This document shows positions 60,518-64,000 of a stretch of 64,000 nucleotides of DNA, in pieces; position 1 is the first letter of the stretch, and each line of letters begins with the position of its first letter. The stretch is from Takakia lepidozioides. Lineage: Eukaryota; Plantae; Bryophyta. Under the pieces are notes generated by a model that made no database searches, had not been told where the DNA came from, and saw nothing but the letters and a program-made list of their open reading frames with translations. The DNA is taken from contig CM060731.1 in assembly GCA_030704615.1 (NCBI GenBank), positions 32,612,001 through 32,676,000 of the forward strand. The letters are read 5' to 3'. A program made the position numbers and the translations under genes.

Positions 60518-60873
60518 CACGTCCAGAATATCTTAAACACGAGCGAGAGATCGCTCTGAACGACTACCTCGACACAATTTCAGGAGATTCCTGAATGCTG
60601 TCGATTGTCTCTCAGAGAAAGCGCGAACGAGAACGAGAGAGAGAGAGAGAGACAGACAGAGCGAAAGACGCGCAGACAGAGTAACACGACGAAAATTGAA
60701 AGCCCGCAGTAGCCGGTCCTGGGCTCAAATCCCCAAAGACGCGTTTTCAAATTTCTTGTCCAGTTGGGGCGTGGAGCAAATTCATTTATGATTACCACAG
60801 TCACATCAAAGAAAGGCGGCTGTCAGCAATTCAGTGTACCGTATACTCATGAAACAGCGTAGATATACATAAT

Positions 60874-61158
60874 CAGTGTTTTTATTTCTGGCGAAATTTC
60901 GCACTTTTTCGACCTCAAAAAACAAATCGAATATTCTGTCATAAATTCCCTATTTTCTCATGGATGAAATCTCCAAAATTCTCCAAAAAAAATATAAATA
61001 TTGGATGAATTCGCCTAATATGAATGATACACATGGATGAAATTACAGAGGAGGATGATTCTGTCCAAATTTCAGTGGATGAACAGAAAATATGGCTATT
61101 TCCTGCAAAACTCAGTAGCCACTCATGTTATTTTCCAAATTTGAAAAGAAAAACACTA
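60874..61158. mobile_element. Possible small MITE
   Basis: Ends cagtgttttt / aaaaacacta around an AT-rich core; TSD only approximate (tacataat / tatataat). Confidence 0.35.
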
Positions 61159-61781
61159 TATAATATGCACAGTATCCAGTACGATATACGGAAAGATACG
61201 ATACGCCGCTGATACTGAGTAGCATCAATCATATTCCCCGGGATTCGTGGTCCGCCGGCAAATGTTCGGCTGCCGTCGGGAAACAGCAAGGAAAAAGTTC
61301 ACGGCAACAGGTAATTTGCCCAAGTCCTGGAGCCTGTGGTAGTTTTTCATATGTCACAGGGTCCCCTCAGCTCAGCATGAAGGCTTGGCTTTTCTTGTTC
61401 TTTTTCTCCTTTGCTTCTGAGTTGTGGGAGTGCATACATGGGTGTGCAGTGTACAATAGTTTACCCACAAATACCTTTAGCAGAGTTGATGTGGAACAAC
61501 AAGGAAGAGGATTCATAAGGAGCCCACACGAAATCAGATGCAATTGATATTTCTTGATTTGTTTGAGGGGGCAGTGAGTTTTGTCGACATTGAGACAAGC
61601 TGCCAAGATGTTGAGAACTACCATTACGGGGTCTGCGAGCTAACGATGGTGACGATATATAAGCTATACAATATAAATGCAAAACCTGCAGGGCAGTGAT
61701 CTCTGACAATGTGCAGCATCATCTGTTTCACAACGAGAATCGCCAACAAGTTGCCAGGCTCTAAGATCTGGTACACGACTG

Positions 61782-63660
61782 CTATGAAGCTAGCAGCTTG
61801 GCCAATTGATCAACAGCTAGCTCTCCAAATGGAGGAGCCTCCAAGGGGATTCCTAAGTCATCTGTGTTGGAGGAACCCTTACCCTGCTTCAACCTTTTGC
61901 CCATACTCTTGGGAGTTCGAGTATAAACTTTTCGGACAGGGCCAGCAGGGCATATCTTGGAGAAGGCATCTACCTTTTCCAGGAGAGTGTCGGGGTCTAA
62001 ATGAGGTTCATTGAGTGGCAGGGCCGTTCCTGATGCAATGGCTTCTTGCCACAAAGTATCCACATTGTAGGGGTTGTCACCAGCAGATGCCCCGTGTTGT
62101 GTAGCTTTGTCAGCTTGTGCTGATTCATCATCTTGTCCTGCCAAACCAGTCACATCTTGTTGAGAGCGTAAACCATTACTGAAGACAAGAGTGTCACCGA
62201 TAGGCTCTTCCCTTCCCTCTTCCTGGGATCTCAATCCAGAAGCATCCCCTGCTTCAACAAAGTGATCATTGGCAACAGTGCCCAGAAGTTGGCCGCCAAC
62301 TTCAGGCACAGTTGCCAAACCAGTGTCTCCAGAGAGTACACCATTATTGAAGATAGGTGTGTCATGGACAGGCTCTTCCCTTCCATCCTCCTGGGATGTT
62401 AATCCAGAAGCATCCGCAGCAACTAGGGAACCTAAGCGGTCATTGGCAACAGGGCCCAAAAGTTGGCTGCCAACTTCAGGAACAGTTGCCATACCTACTG
62501 CCTCGGCCAAAGCTGTGAAAGTGGCAACATTCTCTTGCTTACTAGCCTCGGGTTTAGACTCCTCTGTGGCACCCTCCTCCAGAGGAGAGGCAGCTGTAGA
62601 GCAAGTACCATTGTCTTCAGACTCCACAGAAGTCTCACAATTTCCTCTCCACATCAAAATGGATTCTTTTTCAAATGAAAGTAGCACGCATGGCACCAAG
62701 TCCTGAATTCCCAAACCACACCAAAGAGCCCGTCAGCTCTTGTTCACTGTCGTCTTTAAACGAAGAACTTAAACATTGACTAAAATAAATGGATGACACA
62801 ATACTATAGGGCAAGGAATCTGATGGCTGCTCTCTGGGGCACAGTAGCTCAGTACAGACCCATCACTGAGCCAGTTTGTAGGATCCTTCCAAAGACAATG
62901 ATCCAGCTTTTCTGGGGAACACACACCATGATTGACCATTCAGTACCTTAGACTCTTACAAACAAGAGTTAATAGGATGGGGATGTACCCTGAGTTTGGC
63001 ACCGATTTTCTTGTAGTCACTGGGATTGAGGCCTGTGCAGTCAACACGCACCAACTCGTCCACCTCAAAGGCATCCTTCACATCCCTGACCAAATTCAGG
63101 TACACCCCATTCTTTCCTGTATCCCGCCCTTTCTAGTCATTGTCACCAAAAACCTCCTCCGCCAAATCAAAGGGACAATCTCAACCTAGATGCAGCTTCA
63201 TTACACATAGGCAAGCCAATAGTTTGCATGATGCCAAAAGCCTGTCACACTGCATAGCTATCTCAATCACCAGTTACTTGCTTTAAGGACAGTGATAAGT
63301 GGGCCCCACAAGACAAACCCAGAAACCAGTAGCCTAATAATAAAGCTTGCAAGATTGTGGACTGTATCCCACAGTGCATAACAACGGAGACGAGAAGTTG
63401 TGGACATGCAGTGCATGTTCGCAGAAGCACATACCCAACTTACAGACAGGTGGCAGTTTTTTGCCACGTTTCCGCATGAAGTCAGCCACCTCCTTTGTCA
63501 ATCCTCCAGGGTCTGGTTGAATGAGCTTTGGGTAGATGGGCGCTGGTGGCTTCCAGAGCATGAGCGGTATTCTAGGACGGTCTTTATAGTTGTAATTGCG
63601 CCCTCGGAATAGATATACCACGCCTCCATGGCGCTGTATGATTTTGCCACCTGTCTTCTC
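61782..63660 (-). CDS. CAF1: CRS2-associated factor 1/2-like CRM-domain protein (organellar group II intron splicing), 3' three exons: 63435-63660, 62989-63116, 61782-62702; 5' part outside the window
   Basis: [46 protein letters not shown]|[30 protein letters not shown]|[20 protein letters not shown]1 versus CAF2 cannot be resolved. Confidence 0.88.
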
Positions 63661-64000
63661 CTGCCCACCACCAGCTTATCTATTTGACACTTTCCCTCTA
63701 GTTCATGTACCCAAAGACACCCTACACACTGAAACTCTCCCTCTCTGGTTTCTGTGGGTTACCATCTTTCTTCCTTCCTTCTTGCTCTCCATACCACCCT
63801 TCTGTCAGTGCATGCTAGGAATCACTGCATTCGAACTGAAGTGGTTCACCAAACTCTGTACGTGTAGTTGCTCTAGCGAAGTTAGCTAAATGGGTAAGGC
63901 CTGCCAAGGGAGACCCTGACAGATTGTTATATATTGTTTGATGATTTGTTTTCTGACATCGGTCCAAAGCATACGTCACAAAATAATAACACTAGCTTAT

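Overview
Nuclear DNA of a land plant (GT-AG introns, plant-specific gene families; probably a non-seed plant, species not determinable). Host genes, left to right: intronless plant-type L-aspartate oxidase (+), 5-exon organellar ssDNA-binding protein OSB (+), intronless SNU13 (+), 11-exon WD40 PCN/UTP4 (+), ~20-kb GMI1-like GHKL-ATPase/SMC-hinge gene (-), and the 3' half of a CAF1/CAF2-type CRM intron-splicing factor (-). Two results stand out. (1) The first ~155 aa of the aspartate oxidase are a diverged copy of exon 1 of the neighbouring OSB gene, so it is a chimeric, probably retroposed, gene with a borrowed targeting peptide. (2) A complete 13.2-kb Mutator-like element (13670-26862; ~400-bp TIRs, perfect 9-bp TSD) carries a SWIM-type transposase and a convergent zinc-finger/QQT-repeat/Ulp1-protease gene. 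It is saturated with an oriented AGTC(C/T)G motif, reminiscent of the VANDAL anti-silencing architecture. It is nested in an older fold-back element. The rest is LINE fragments (two families), a hAT MITE and a second MULE relic. All alignments were done by eye; family assignments are from remembered motifs, not database searches.
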